From positions 1-64,000 of the forward strand of contig QPMI01000154.1 in NCBI GenBank assembly GCA_004431415.1: DNA of 64,000 bases, given 5' to 3'. Shown one piece after another: positions 24,513 through 34,886 of the stretch. The translations under genes and the position numbers were made by a program. The notes under the pieces are model-generated. The model did not search any database. It was not told the origin of the DNA and worked only from the letters and a program-made list of their open reading frames with translations. Each line of letters begins with the position of its first letter. The stretch's first letter is position 1. The DNA is from Cyanophora paradoxa CCMP329. Taxonomy: Eukaryota > Plantae > Glaucophyta.

Positions 24513-25274
24513 TTATGCTAAGATTTTAAAACGCTTCTTTTTAGAGATAACAGGCGAAGACTCTTCTTTTTTAGACTCTTCTTCTTGTCTTAGCCCGAAG
24601 GGCAAGGAGCCCTCCTTGGGCGACGCCCATTTAGAGAAACGAAAACTCTTATCTTCAACAGCTTTATCAACATACCAGGCAGTATCATACTTCGTTCCAT
24701 CAAGGACTAGGCACTGATAATCATGCGCCCAAGTCTCGAACAAAGCAATAAACTCATCTTTCGGGAGATGACTAAATTCTCTATAAATTGCCTCGAGCTC
24801 GGTATGATTAGAGTAACTGAAGAAAAAACAATAGTCGGAGTTCGATCTTATAGATTGACTCAATGCTGTAAGCTTTTGGGTCATAAGAATCGTACTGATA
24901 TTAAAATGACGACCTTGTGTAAAAAGTCGATTAACGGTCTTGCTATTTCGCAGATCAACAGTTTCAGAGGCAGCAACGAGATCATCCAATACAAGCAATA
25001 TCTGCGGCGCTTTCTTTTTGTTTTCAATCAAATTTCGCTGTGAATCAATGATTTCTGCAACGATAGATGGCTGAAAATCGTCGTAAAGCTCTTTAGTTAT
25101 TGCAGAGTATTCACCATTGAATTTGGTGGCCGTAAACACTACGACGCGATTGATCTTTGGATAAAGCAGTCGAAGCAAATGCTTTGTGCAATAGAAAGAC
25201 TTCCCACTATTAGACTTTGAAATGAATAGGGCTTTGAATGGAACCCTCATATCGCTAGGCTGGAACTGATCCAT
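24513..25274 (-). CDS. A32-like FtsK/HerA genome-packaging ATPase
   Basis: Walker A SKSNSGKS, Walker B LLVLDD, arginine-finger motif GRHFNIS, TQ motif. Confidence 0.92.
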   Translation of the reverse strand: MDQFQPSDMRVPFKALFISKSNSGKSFYCTKHLLRLLYPKINRVVVFTATKFNGEYSAITKELYDDFQPSIVAEIIDSQRNLIENKKKAPQILLVLDDLVAASETVDLRNSKTVNRLFTQGRHFNISTILMTQKLTALSQSIRSNSDYCFFFSYSNHTELEAIYREFSHLPKDEFIALFETWAHDYQCLVLDGTKYDTAWYVDKAVEDKSFRFSKWASPKEGSLPFGLRQEEESKKEESSPVISKKKRFKILA

Positions 25275-25336
25275 CAAAAAATAGTCGGCAGACAAGCTGC
25301 CTCGGCTGCGCCCAACTACCGAGATTAGCAGATTCT

Positions 25337-26724
25337 CTAGAGGTTAACTTTGCGAAGACCCGCAGCATCAACAATTAGGACAGTGTGCAGGAGAGCGCGA
25401 ATTTGGACGTAAATCTTGTTGTTAGCATCATACGCAGCAGGGTTCATGATATTCAGGAAGCAGCTGCTCGAGTTCGTCAGATCTACGAAACCAGTTTGAG
25501 CAGCATTTCGGATCGATTTATCCCCACTAATGCAAAATGGCAAACCAGTCAGAACATATCGATTAAGAGGCGCGTCGAGATTTGAGCACTTGAAGACATC
25601 AGCGATGAGTTCAGCACCTTGCAATAGAGGAACAGGCTCGTTTGAATAAAGCCGCTGGCCATTCAATTCGCAGGAAATAGTGATATCACGAGTATTCGCC
25701 TCGGTTTTGAGGACACTGTGTTTTCCGTCAGTTTGGTTCATGTTTGGCTGTTTGCGAATGCTAACGAACAGACCGTAGCAAAGTCCACTGATTTGAGACA
25801 GATTAATCCGGGTGGGCGCTCCCGCACCAGCATATGTAATTGAATCAGCATCAACCCAGCCGACATCGGTAGCGGGAATGGCAATCCCCGAAGATTTGAC
25901 TTTCTCAATCACCTGGGCAAAAGTGGCCTCATCAACATTGATGCAGTGAGCTATAATCTTCGGATTCGAAAGCTCGGGTTTTTCAGGAGTGACAGTGAGG
26001 ACATTGGGAGTTATATTCTGGCCGATGTTTGCAGGGGATGCAGCAGCGGCTCCCACGCTCCCGAGTCCATCTTCTTTAGTCGCATCACCGCCTATGGCAT
26101 ATTCCGTTACAAACCTACCACCATAGCTGGTCTCAACAAAGCCCTGGGCACGATCACGGAACCAAACCTCGACAGACACCTCGCCAGAAAGAGCACCAAT
26201 TGGGAGCACAGAACCCTCCCATGGACAGGGGATTTTTACACTGAAAATACCTCCAGTGCGATTTGTCCCCTGAGGTGGTGTTCCATGTAGCCAGCCACCT
26301 GACCGGTATTTCTTTTTGAGCTGAGCATCATCATTGAAAATCAGAGCGCTGTGAACAAGCCAGTCCTCAGGGACGATGTAGCTGTAGGAAGCATATTTGA
26401 TTTCAATTCGCTTTACAAGAGCACCAACAGACCGCAGATAACCAGTGCGAACCAGGTCAGTGTCACCAGTAAAAGCGGTCAGCTCGGGCAGGGTAAACTG
26501 GAGTTCAAGCCCTGAAGGAAATTGTAACGGGGTAGGAAATAAGTAACCCTCTTTCCGAAGCAGTCTCCATAGTCATTGCTAGGGTTGACAACGACACGCA
26601 CAGGCTTTGTTTGGCTGGTTAGACCTAACATAAGCTCGTTATTCATAAAGAAATCCTTAGCTTCCTGCGGAGTTGTGAGCAGCTCCTTTAGACCAAGACG
26701 TTGCAAGTTCTGGGTAACATCCAT
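25337..26724 (-). CDS. Major capsid protein (double jelly-roll, ~462 aa; one frameshift near 26510)
   Basis: Reconstructed reading FGKRVTYFLPR...ELQFTLP...GALVKRIEIKY...IPCPW...LPIGALSGEVSVEVWF; size and position between ATPase and penton fit a PLV MCP. Confidence 0.8.
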
Positions 26725-26787
26725 TGAAGTGTTTATAATTCAAACGGAAGAAAATAATTCAGCGCTTAGCCGCCGGCGAGCCAGCTT

Positions 26788-26848
26788 GGCGCAGCGGTCG
26801 CTGTGCGGAGCACAAGTGGCTCCTTGCCTTCGGCTTGTCTGCGACTCT
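26788..26848 (-). repeat. 61-bp GC-rich hairpin element (intergenic)
   Basis: Reverse complement of 30693-30752 plus one base. Confidence 0.9.
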
Positions 26849-26854
26849 GGCGAC

Positions 26855-27811
26855 TCAGTTTGACGAATTGATCCAAGGATATGTCTTTGACCTTTTCTGG
26901 AGCTGAAGCTTGGCGAGCTCGTAGACAACATCGCCATTGGGTTCATCTGGGCCATAACGAATTTCGAGTATAAATGAGACAGGACCTCCATTTAAATCAG
27001 CAATTCGCTGCATAAAATCGTAAATCTCAATAGTCACAGAGTAGAGGTCCAGCTTTGAATAAATATACTTGTACAAAGGATGTGCTTCAGTTGAATCATA
27101 GTATGCTATCTCGCCTGGACGAAGGACGCTTGGAATGCTCAGCTTCGAGAAGAAGCCAGGTATTGACGTGTTCGGCATACTGACAAGGTCACCAATTTCA
27201 GGAATTCGTAGGAGCACATGATCATCAGGAGTGACATCAGGCTCATAAGCGCCTGCTATATATTCAGTATTTATAGATAATGTCTTTGACCGAATCGGTA
27301 GAATTGATCTCAGCCCTAGAAGCTTTGCAGTTCGCTGAGCCCTTGCAACGGCCTGGTAGTTTCTGACTTCCCGCCCACCCTGGTTCGTTGGCAACATCAG
27401 AGCAATAAAGAACTCGAAGTTAGCTGTGAACCCTATTAATTTGATCGCTGAATTATACGTGCACGTGATACCTGTTCCCGTCAACCTTTCGTTTATCTCT
27501 GTCACAAGCGAGGTGACGTCGTAATTTCCAGGTGGAATTGCAATGTTATTCCACGCTCCAAATCCGGCCTGAGGTGGGTCGGGTCCTTCATTAGTGGGAT
27601 CATATTTGCACCAATATATATAGGTGTTAAAGACTAAATCCTCTGCCGGATCGAGTACATCGATTGTGCTCATAGTGTTGGGGATCTCAGCTGATACCAA
27701 GCGCACGGCTTTCACATCCTGATAAACTTTAGGCAGTCTTACTTTAAATTTCGAGGTGGATGTCAGCTCCTCCGCTTGGTGACTTGCAATGCAGACGTAG
27801 TCCGTAGGCAT
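26855..27811 (-). CDS. Minor capsid (penton-like) protein A
   Basis: FKVRLP...VKAVRLVSAEIPN, IPPGNY, and C-terminal TIEIYD...DLNG..SFILEI. Confidence 0.82.
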   Translation of the reverse strand: MPTDYVCIASHQAEELTSTSKFKVRLPKVYQDVKAVRLVSAEIPNTMSTIDVLDPAEDLVFNTYIYWCKYDPTNEGPDPPQAGFGAWNNIAIPPGNYDVTSLVTEINERLTGTGITCTYNSAIKLIGFTANFEFFIALMLPTNQGGREVRNYQAVARAQRTAKLLGLRSILPIRSKTLSINTEYIAGAYEPDVTPDDHVLLRIPEIGDLVSMPNTSIPGFFSKLSIPSVLRPGEIAYYDSTEAHPLYKYIYSKLDLYSVTIEIYDFMQRIADLNGGPVSFILEIRYGPDEPNGDVVYELAKLQLQKRSKTYPWINSSN

Positions 27812-27838
27812 CTTTTTTATATCAGTTAGAGAATAAAA

Positions 27839-28756
27839 ATGGTCAAAGACAAGCATCGACGCTGCGCCAGGCTTACCTTTGACAGCAGAGACAGAAGGCC
27901 AATCGATTCAGAGGCAAACTTCGTGCTCGAAATCAATGAACCGATAATCAATCCAGTTGCTGTTCGACTAACCCAGTGTGAGTTCGCAAACAGCCTTTAC
28001 ACCAGCATTAAAGCTGAGTATCTTTCCATCACCTTTCCCTACCTTGGAACGCAAAACGTGGAGGTGTTTGAGCCTGGCATAATTACGACTGCAAATCTGG
28101 GCGAAACAGATATTTACAACTTTGGCCTATCATTTAATATTGAGCTAGAAGGGATTTCAATTGCGTATTTTAAACTATTTCGAGACCCAGAGACGCTGAA
28201 AATGTCTGCGTATTGCAACCGTTCCTGCACACTGACCTGCCAGTTCAAAGCCTTATCGAATCTGCTCGGGCTGAACCGAAATGAGCCCCTCCAGCTGTCT
28301 CCTATTGTGCTTGAAGGGCCGCAAAGACCAGCAACTGCAGCTGAGCGGTATCTAGAGGTTGCTGGCATTCCAGTGACACCTGCTCACCCTGAGTACGGCG
28401 TGGATTTCACCGGAAGAATGCAGAGTATAGCACTTGGTTACGCCGTCGAATTTCCAAAGATAATCGACATGAACAGCGACCAGTACCTCTTCCTTGTCTG
28501 CGAAGAGCTACGGCCGTTTGCTTCGAAGCTTCGCCGTGGGGCTAAATCAATGTGTAATTACGGGCTCGCTCGAATCCAGATGAGCCAGGATGTTGGCAAG
28601 TTCGTTTATATAAATCAGGAAAATGACGGCGAGTGGATCCACATCGAAGAGCGCCTGGTGCTGACCTCTCTGCGACTGCGCATTGTCGACAGAGATGGTG
28701 ATGACGTCTCTCTGAATGGCCTGCCTTGGTCTGGTGAACTGCAATTTCTAGTTTAG
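27839..28756 (+). CDS. Minor capsid (penton-like) protein B
   Basis: FDSRDR...NFVLEI...VAVRL, YLFL...EL, LRLRIVDRDGDDVSLNGLPWSGELQF. Confidence 0.82.
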   Translation: MVKDKHRRCARLTFDSRDRRPIDSEANFVLEINEPIINPVAVRLTQCEFANSLYTSIKAEYLSITFPYLGTQNVEVFEPGIITTANLGETDIYNFGLSFNIELEGISIAYFKLFRDPETLKMSAYCNRSCTLTCQFKALSNLLGLNRNEPLQLSPIVLEGPQRPATAAERYLEVAGIPVTPAHPEYGVDFTGRMQSIALGYAVEFPKIIDMNSDQYLFLVCEELRPFASKLRRGAKSMCNYGLARIQMSQDVGKFVYINQENDGEWIHIEERLVLTSLRLRIVDRDGDDVSLNGLPWSGELQFLV

Positions 28757-30231
28757 GTAACGTCCCCGGAAATCAAGCCGGAACGCGTTCACATTTATAA
28801 ATTCGTTTGTTATAATTTGCACATAGTTATACACCTGTGGGGTGATCAAGTGCGAGTCACTATGCATTTGATCGAAGCCTGTCATAGATGGGTTTGCAGC
28901 AAGCACATTGGCTAGGACCGTATTTTCAAATAGTGACCCGTCTCGTAAATATCCTAAATTGGTCAGAATGCTGAAATTAAATAGGACTCCGGCGGCAAAG
29001 GCTGGCCCATACATAATTATTTGATGTAGCTCAAAAGGCTTAGGAAACTCGACTTTGATCCAGGGATTAGGTAAAGTGCCCCCTTGGAACCCTGTTGAGT
29101 TAGGTCGAACGTGAGAAGGTGGGTGCAATTCCTCAAAGTCGTTGCTTGTGATGTTTGCATCTGGAATTATAAACCAGTTGACATCAAATGGCGGCTCAAC
29201 TGTTAAGGTAGACGATATGATAAGTCTCTCATCGTTCAGTAGGTCGTAGTTCGCCAGTAGAAAGCTGCAGAGTGCATTTATTTTAGCATTTATTTCGGTT
29301 TGTTTCAGCCATAAATCAGTCGTGGAAATCAAATAAGAAATATTCGAAGGGGAGGCATCATCAAGCTTGCTCATAACTGCAGCTGGCAGCGGAACACTTA
29401 AACGCCAGTATCTAGTTAAATTTCTATCTGCATCAACTGGAAGCAGCTCCTGCATTTGAAAGTGCGATTCCAGCTCGCTCCCAGCCATTAGCATAGAAAT
29501 AATTGGGCTGCCTGAGAGGGATAAGATCCAGCCCAGGGCGCCCCAGCCTGACGTCTCCGCATTCGAAAAGCCTGCAGTCAGTTGCTCACTGGCTTGGACC
29601 TCACCACAGCTGATGCTCACAAGAACAATTGGATCCTCTGCATCATAAATTTTGCTGGCGTGGCTTAGCGCTGCAACTGAGGGATTATTTAAACAGGCGA
29701 TGGCCCCATCAACAAGGTTTTTGTCTCCTAGAACCTTCGGTGGAAAGAATGTTGGCGCTGCAGAAGATGCTCTAACTGCATCACGAATCAGCGTGCTCGA
29801 GTATGGCCCATCTTTGGTGAAAACTACGGGCTGCATCCGAACTGTATCAAACGCTGTAATTAATATGTCTTTGGTCGATTCTGCAATTGTGTAGTCTAGG
29901 GCAACGTCTGTGAGCACCGACTCCAGAGGGTTTCCATCATAGCGGCTTCCTGAGAGCAAGCTTGTGAGTGATCTCGGATTTGCGAATATTACAGGTAGGT
30001 TCGTTTGATATAAACTGAAGATATCACCTGCAGAATATCGATAAGCGAGAACAGAGCCTGGAGTTGATGGGATAGCCAAACCGGCCGCTATTATTGCCCT
30101 GTTGAGGTGCCTGCAAAGAAATCAAACAGCTGTGGAATTGCTTTCCCAGTAATCGCCTCGATCCGCTGTAGAATTCGGGCAATGACTATGCCACGAGCAC
30201 CTCCACCTGATAGTGAGAGAATGACCTTCAT
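28748..30231 (-). CDS. Patatin-like phospholipase with extra C-terminal beta domain (frameshift near 30098)
   Basis: LSGGGARG, FDFFAGTSTG, SSAAPTFF, LVDGA; the two copies complement each other's indels. Confidence 0.92.
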
Positions 30232-30255
30232 TTTTAAAAGGGGGCTTATATAAAA

Positions 30256-33200
30256 ATGTCCTACATCTTGAAGAAGCCAGTACCACTTCGTAAAGCTCCA
30301 GATTTTGTGGATGATCGGCATATAAATATTCGCGTATTTGGGAGTACTCTAATTGACTACAATGCTGACAAAGATATACACCAGACTGAGTTTAATCGCC
30401 CAGCTGCATTAATTCTGCGCAACGCACATGTTGGCGCCCCAGATATTGCACAGAGATTTTGTCTGGGTCCAGCTGAGAATTATGTTGCTGAAATAATCGG
30501 ATCCAGGGCGTTGCCGCGGCACCTGCGAATTGCCTCCTCAGGCACAGTTTCCAAATATGATTCTGGTAGATTAATCTTTAGGCTCCAAAATGATAGAGGG
30601 GTCCACACATCAGCTCTACGTCTAATTGATGAATCCAATGCTGTCACAAACAAGACTGCGGCTCACATTACAGGGCGAATTCTCCTTGGCGAAGAGTCGC
30701 AGACAAGCCGAAGGCAAGGAGCCACTTGTGCTCCGCACAGCGACGCTGCGCCTGCTGGAATATCAGTGCTAGCATCGCAAATCCAGCCGTTTCCCTGGGA
30801 TCTACTTTTTACAGCTGCACGAGAAGCGAATATTTTATACGGTTTTGATGTAAATCAAATCGATACTGAGCCAGCCACCAGGTTAGATATTCCTGGATGC
30901 ACCTTGGGCTCTATCCTGATTGAAGCTGACAGGCACCTGCTCCCTGCGTTGCATGACAGCTACGATCTAGGGCTCCGCACCAGGCAGTGGCGAAATATTC
31001 ATGGAACAAATATTTATCAGGATGGTAAGAAGGTTAGCACTGAAGAGGAGGTGATCAACATTTTCAACTACTACTTCGGACCTATTGTCCCTATACCACC
31101 TATACCACCTCTTCCAGGGCTACCGAAGCCGCCAACCCCGGACGGCCCAGGTCGAGAGCGAGTTGCTGATGAAACAGTTCCTTTCGGTCAACATATTGTC
31201 AGTTGGGAGCAAGTTCGCAATAAACCTATCTTCGAACCGAAAAAGCAAATAGATGAACAGTATTTACCTCCTGAAATCGATATATTAGAGCTTGAAGAAT
31301 ACCAATTTGTCCCAGATGAGGAAGAGTATTTACCTGACGGTTTCGACCCGCAAGAGTATGAATATGATCAATATGACCCCAATGAGGAAGAGTATTTACC
31401 CGATGGTTTAGATCCACAAGAGTATGAGTATGAACAGAACTATGAACCCCACGAGGATTATTTAGCAGATGGCCTCGAGCCTCCTGCTGTTGAGTATGCG
31501 CAGCCTTATGAACACCATGAGGAATTATTGCCAGATGGTTTACAACCTGAGATTTTTGAGATGTACCTTGACTGGGAGCAGATCAACAATAAACCCGCGA
31601 GATATCCACCAGAGGATCACAACCATGACTGGGATGAGATCTTAGGTAAACCTGAGAAATATCCACCTGAAGATCACAGGCATGATTGGGGCGATATTGA
31701 TGGAATACCACCTGAGTTTCCGCCGGAAGACCATTTACATATTTGGAGCGAAATACGAGAGCAGCCCACTTTTGCATCAGCAGGTAATGTTTTACTAGGA
31801 GATATTAACAATGGGGTAAGTCTCTACCAAAATATAGACACACCAGAAAGATTACAATTAAATGATTACTATGTGAATCGCAAAGGAATCGATGCAGGCA
31901 CCACAATGGAAGGCGAATTATACATTAGACCCCCTACAAGAAATGGAATATTGGGACTTGGTGGTGGTATTGAAATTAAAGACACCAAACCAGGTATCTA
32001 TCTTACCAGCTACTATGCAGATGACATCCCAATGACAGGAGGATTGATCTCTCTACCATCTGATCCAGCAAACTATGATGATAAAAACGCAGCAATCCAA
32101 ATTAATGTTACTGATGTGAGTGATTTAGATTCATCAAGACCGAAATTAATATTCAGCAGAGAGAGATTGTTACCAGATGCACTTTTGGGGAACCGAGATG
32201 ACTATAAACAATGCGAGGTTGCATGGATTAAAACGAATTATAATGGTGGAGTTGGTGAGGGAGTTTTAGAAATTAATCAGAGGGCAGCAGCAAAGAATAT
32301 TCACAATGAGACCATATCAAGAGTGGTAACAGAGGATTATCTGAGAGACAATGGAGCAACAATCATCGCAGGAATTGCTGTGGAGGGTGCTTACCTTCCT
32401 CTCACTGGTGGAACTGTCACAGGTGATGTTCATGCTCCGAATTTCCTTGTTGATACTCCAAATGCTCAGACATTTCCTGTTGTTCACCCAGGTGCTGAAT
32501 ATATATTAGATGCAAACACTCCAATTAGTAGAGTCGAATTACCAACAAATTTCACCTTTAATCTTGTGGATGTGTTCCCAAACAGCCATAATCTCATGTA
32601 TTTCTCTTCTGAGAATTACCTTTCAGGTGCATTTTCGCCCATTGAACTCTCCATACCAAAGCAAAAGGTGAGCTACAAAGAACTCACAGATGTCCCGGCA
32701 GGATTTAGTGGTAAATGGACTGATATTACGGAGAAGCCAACTTGGAGTAGTGTAGCATTCACAGGTGATTACTATGATTTATCAAGAATTCCCGATTTCA
32801 CCACTTATATACCTCGTTGGATTGATCAAAGTGTAATTATATCAGAATCTACACTCCCTTTCAATGGGACATGGGATAGACTATTTACTAAACCGAATTT
32901 GCATGCTGTGGCTACAAGTGGTGACTACAATGATTTAACTAACACCCCTACTGCACCGACCTTGCATGCTGTGGCTACAAGTGGAAACTATAATGATCTC
33001 GTTAATACACCAAACTTGCATGCTGTGGCTACAAGCGGGAACTATGACGATTTAATTAACACACCCACTTCGCCACCTACTCACAATCACAGCATAGAGT
33101 TGCTTACGAATTTCGGTAATTATGTGAATGCAAATGCATATGTGCAACAGGGGACAGCGAATGTAGTCATTCCTGCCGGAGTCTATTACAAAGGGGATTT

Positions 33201-33495
33201 TACCACAGTATCGGGAACCGTTACATTTTCTACCCCATATAATAGTGATCCAATAGTTAATGCTACTCTCGAAAATGATATTATCTTAACAAGTGTCAAT
33301 TTTACAAACAGCATATATATCTCCGCTGAATTTGTGAGTGGGAACCGTGTTGGTTTCAAAAATAAATTCACTTGGATTGCTATATTTACTTGTTACTCGG
33401 ACATCAATTATACGAATGTGCCCCAAAACGAAAGAACCCTTAAACTCCATTGGATTGCTGTCGGACCTCTCCAAAACAATAATATTCTCACGTAA
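30256..33495 (+). CDS. 1079-aa phage-tail-fibre-like protein
   Basis: P..HDSYDLG...W.NI motif, W..I..KP..YPPEDH repeats, YLPLTGGTVTG, 3x LHAVATSG.Y.DL.NTP, and a terminal WIAVG domain. Confidence 0.85.
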   Translation: MSYILKKPVPLRKAPDFVDDRHINIRVFGSTLIDYNADKDIHQTEFNRPAALILRNAHVGAPDIAQRFCLGPAENYVAEIIGSRALPRHLRIASSGTVSKYDSGRLIFRLQNDRGVHTSALRLIDESNAVTNKTAAHITGRILLGEESQTSRRQGATCAPHSDAAPAGISVLASQIQPFPWDLLFTAAREANILYGFDVNQIDTEPATRLDIPGCTLGSILIEADRHLLPALHDSYDLGLRTRQWRNIHGTNIYQDGKKVSTEEEVINIFNYYFGPIVPIPPIPPLPGLPKPPTPDGPGRERVADETVPFGQHIVSWEQVRNKPIFEPKKQIDEQYLPPEIDILELEEYQFVPDEEEYLPDGFDPQEYEYDQYDPNEEEYLPDGLDPQEYEYEQNYEPHEDYLADGLEPPAVEYAQPYEHHEELLPDGLQPEIFEMYLDWEQINNKPARYPPEDHNHDWDEILGKPEKYPPEDHRHDWGDIDGIPPEFPPEDHLHIWSEIREQPTFASAGNVLLGDINNGVSLYQNIDTPERLQLNDYYVNRKGIDAGTTMEGELYIRPPTRNGILGLGGGIEIKDTKPGIYLTSYYADDIPMTGGLISLPSDPANYDDKNAAIQINVTDVSDLDSSRPKLIFSRERLLPDALLGNRDDYKQCEVAWIKTNYNGGVGEGVLEINQRAAAKNIHNETISRVVTEDYLRDNGATIIAGIAVEGAYLPLTGGTVTGDVHAPNFLVDTPNAQTFPVVHPGAEYILDANTPISRVELPTNFTFNLVDVFPNSHNLMYFSSENYLSGAFSPIELSIPKQKVSYKELTDVPAGFSGKWTDITEKPTWSSVAFTGDYYDLSRIPDFTTYIPRWIDQSVIISESTLPFNGTWDRLFTKPNLHAVATSGDYNDLTNTPTAPTLHAVATSGNYNDLVNTPNLHAVATSGNYDDLINTPTSPPTHNHSIELLTNFGNYVNANAYVQQGTANVVIPAGVYYKGDFTTVSGTVTFSTPYNSDPIVNATLENDIILTSVNFTNSIYISAEFVSGNRVGFKNKFTWIAIFTCYSDINYTNVPQNERTLKLHWIAVGPLQNNNILT
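30693..30752 (+). repeat. 60-bp GC-rich hairpin element, in frame within the fibre gene
   Basis: AGAGTCGCAGACAAGCCGAAGGC...GCTGCGCC; also at 7518-7577 in copy 1. Confidence 0.9.
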
Positions 33496-33515
33496 TTATA
33501 AAGAGCAATTTAAAG

Positions 33516-34471
33516 ATGACAACTGTATTCACGCCTGTGTTTTCTTTGAGTGCAAGTGCTGTCCACAATGTCCAACACACTGTTTATGATTTATCTCCAA
33601 GCCACCCTTCGACTGAGACAGCGAAAACCGATTCTTTTAATGACCAAAGCATACTCAGAGTCAAAGAACTCCGAGCTGACAAGGCTGATGGAGTCGTTAA
33701 AGCTACTCAAATAATCGTATCTAATCGACCCGCAATATCTTCGGGGCTGGTCACCAAAGAAAATCTATATGAGGGTCAACAGGATTCCAAAACGGCTTTT
33801 AATCCGGCTGATAGGAATTCGGCGGCTTTTCAAGTTTACAGTGGTGGGGCATGGATTGGGACTGGACTGAGTGTGAATGGGACAGTGACAGCGACTTCTT
33901 ATGGGGCTGTGAGTGCAACCACTGGGACGTTTTCAGGTCTCTTGACAGGAAATGGTGGAGTGAAAACAACTTCTGTCGATTCAGGAGCAGATTCTGATAT
34001 AGTTTTGAAGCGAAATAATACAACGATAGCCACCATCACAACTTCTGGTCTCAGTTTGGCGGATACTAAATATTTGAAGGCTAATTTTTACCCATCATGT
34101 CGTGTTTATCATGCAACATCTACTGCTTATACAGCTGGTCAGGTGATCAAATGGGCAAACATTTACTACAATGTTGGGGATGCTATAATTCAGCTACTGG
34201 TATTTTCACATGCCCTGTGGCTGGGATGTATGTTGTATCTTTTGGTGCATATGCTGATTCATCTACCTGTGATGTTGTGTGTCGACACAACGGTTCATCT
34301 ACATTTTTAAGTCTTTTGAGTATAAAAACAACTTCAACACAAGGAGGAAGCCCTTGTGCAACATTTAAAGCCAATTCGGGCGATTACTTTGATGTTGCTG
34401 TGTCCCAAGGGACAGCATCAATTATCGCAAGTCAACAGAGTTTCTGTGTTGCATTAATTTATGCAGTATAA
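33516..34471 (+). CDS. Fibre/spike protein with C1q head (copy 2; frameshift near 34178)
   Basis: Matches the intact 10336-11292. Confidence 0.85.
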
Positions 34472-34492
34472 TAAAATGTTTTGCTATAATAA

Positions 34493-34741
34493 ATGTCGAA
34501 CATCTACCAAGTGGTTCTAACTGATACTGAAAAACTGGGAATGGAATACTGTGCCTACTCTGTTCAGGATTGGATCGATAATGCTGCTCATAATCGGGCG
34601 AGAATTGCGATTGATGAGATTGTGGACAAAGAAGTTAAATCGTGTATTGCCGCTGGAATTCCGATTCCACTCACAAAGGAAGCGATTGTAGAGCAAGCGT
34701 TTGCAAGGGGACTGTTCGAAAGGCAAGCGAAATTCCTGTGA
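34493..34741 (+). CDS. 82-aa protein resembling cyanophage fibre-associated proteins
   Basis: LTDTEK..MEY.A..VQDWIDNA..NRARIA.DEI motif, recognised from memory. Confidence 0.7.
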   Translation: MSNIYQVVLTDTEKLGMEYCAYSVQDWIDNAAHNRARIAIDEIVDKEVKSCIAAGIPIPLTKEAIVEQAFARGLFERQAKFL

Positions 34742-34886
34742 GTGCTCCTATGTAAAGAACTCGAATTCGAAGAATGAGAGATGGGTTAATTGTTATTTTT
34801 CATAGATCATGCATAAGAAAGGCATGTATCTTGCATGTCCTTCTTGAAAGTCGTTTATTTTTCTTTCCTTCTTAGTAAAAGAAGCA

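Noticed and set aside
26505-26515. Programmed frameshift in the MCP (break shared by both copies)
   Set aside because: It falls at a G/C run where one extra base restores the frame, and I see no slippery heptamer. A systematic error is more likely; it needs read-level checking.
34817-34847. Imperfect hairpin AAGAAAGGCATG...CATGTCCTTCTT as a terminator
   Set aside because: A single weak stem with a mismatch, and no matching hairpins seen after other genes.
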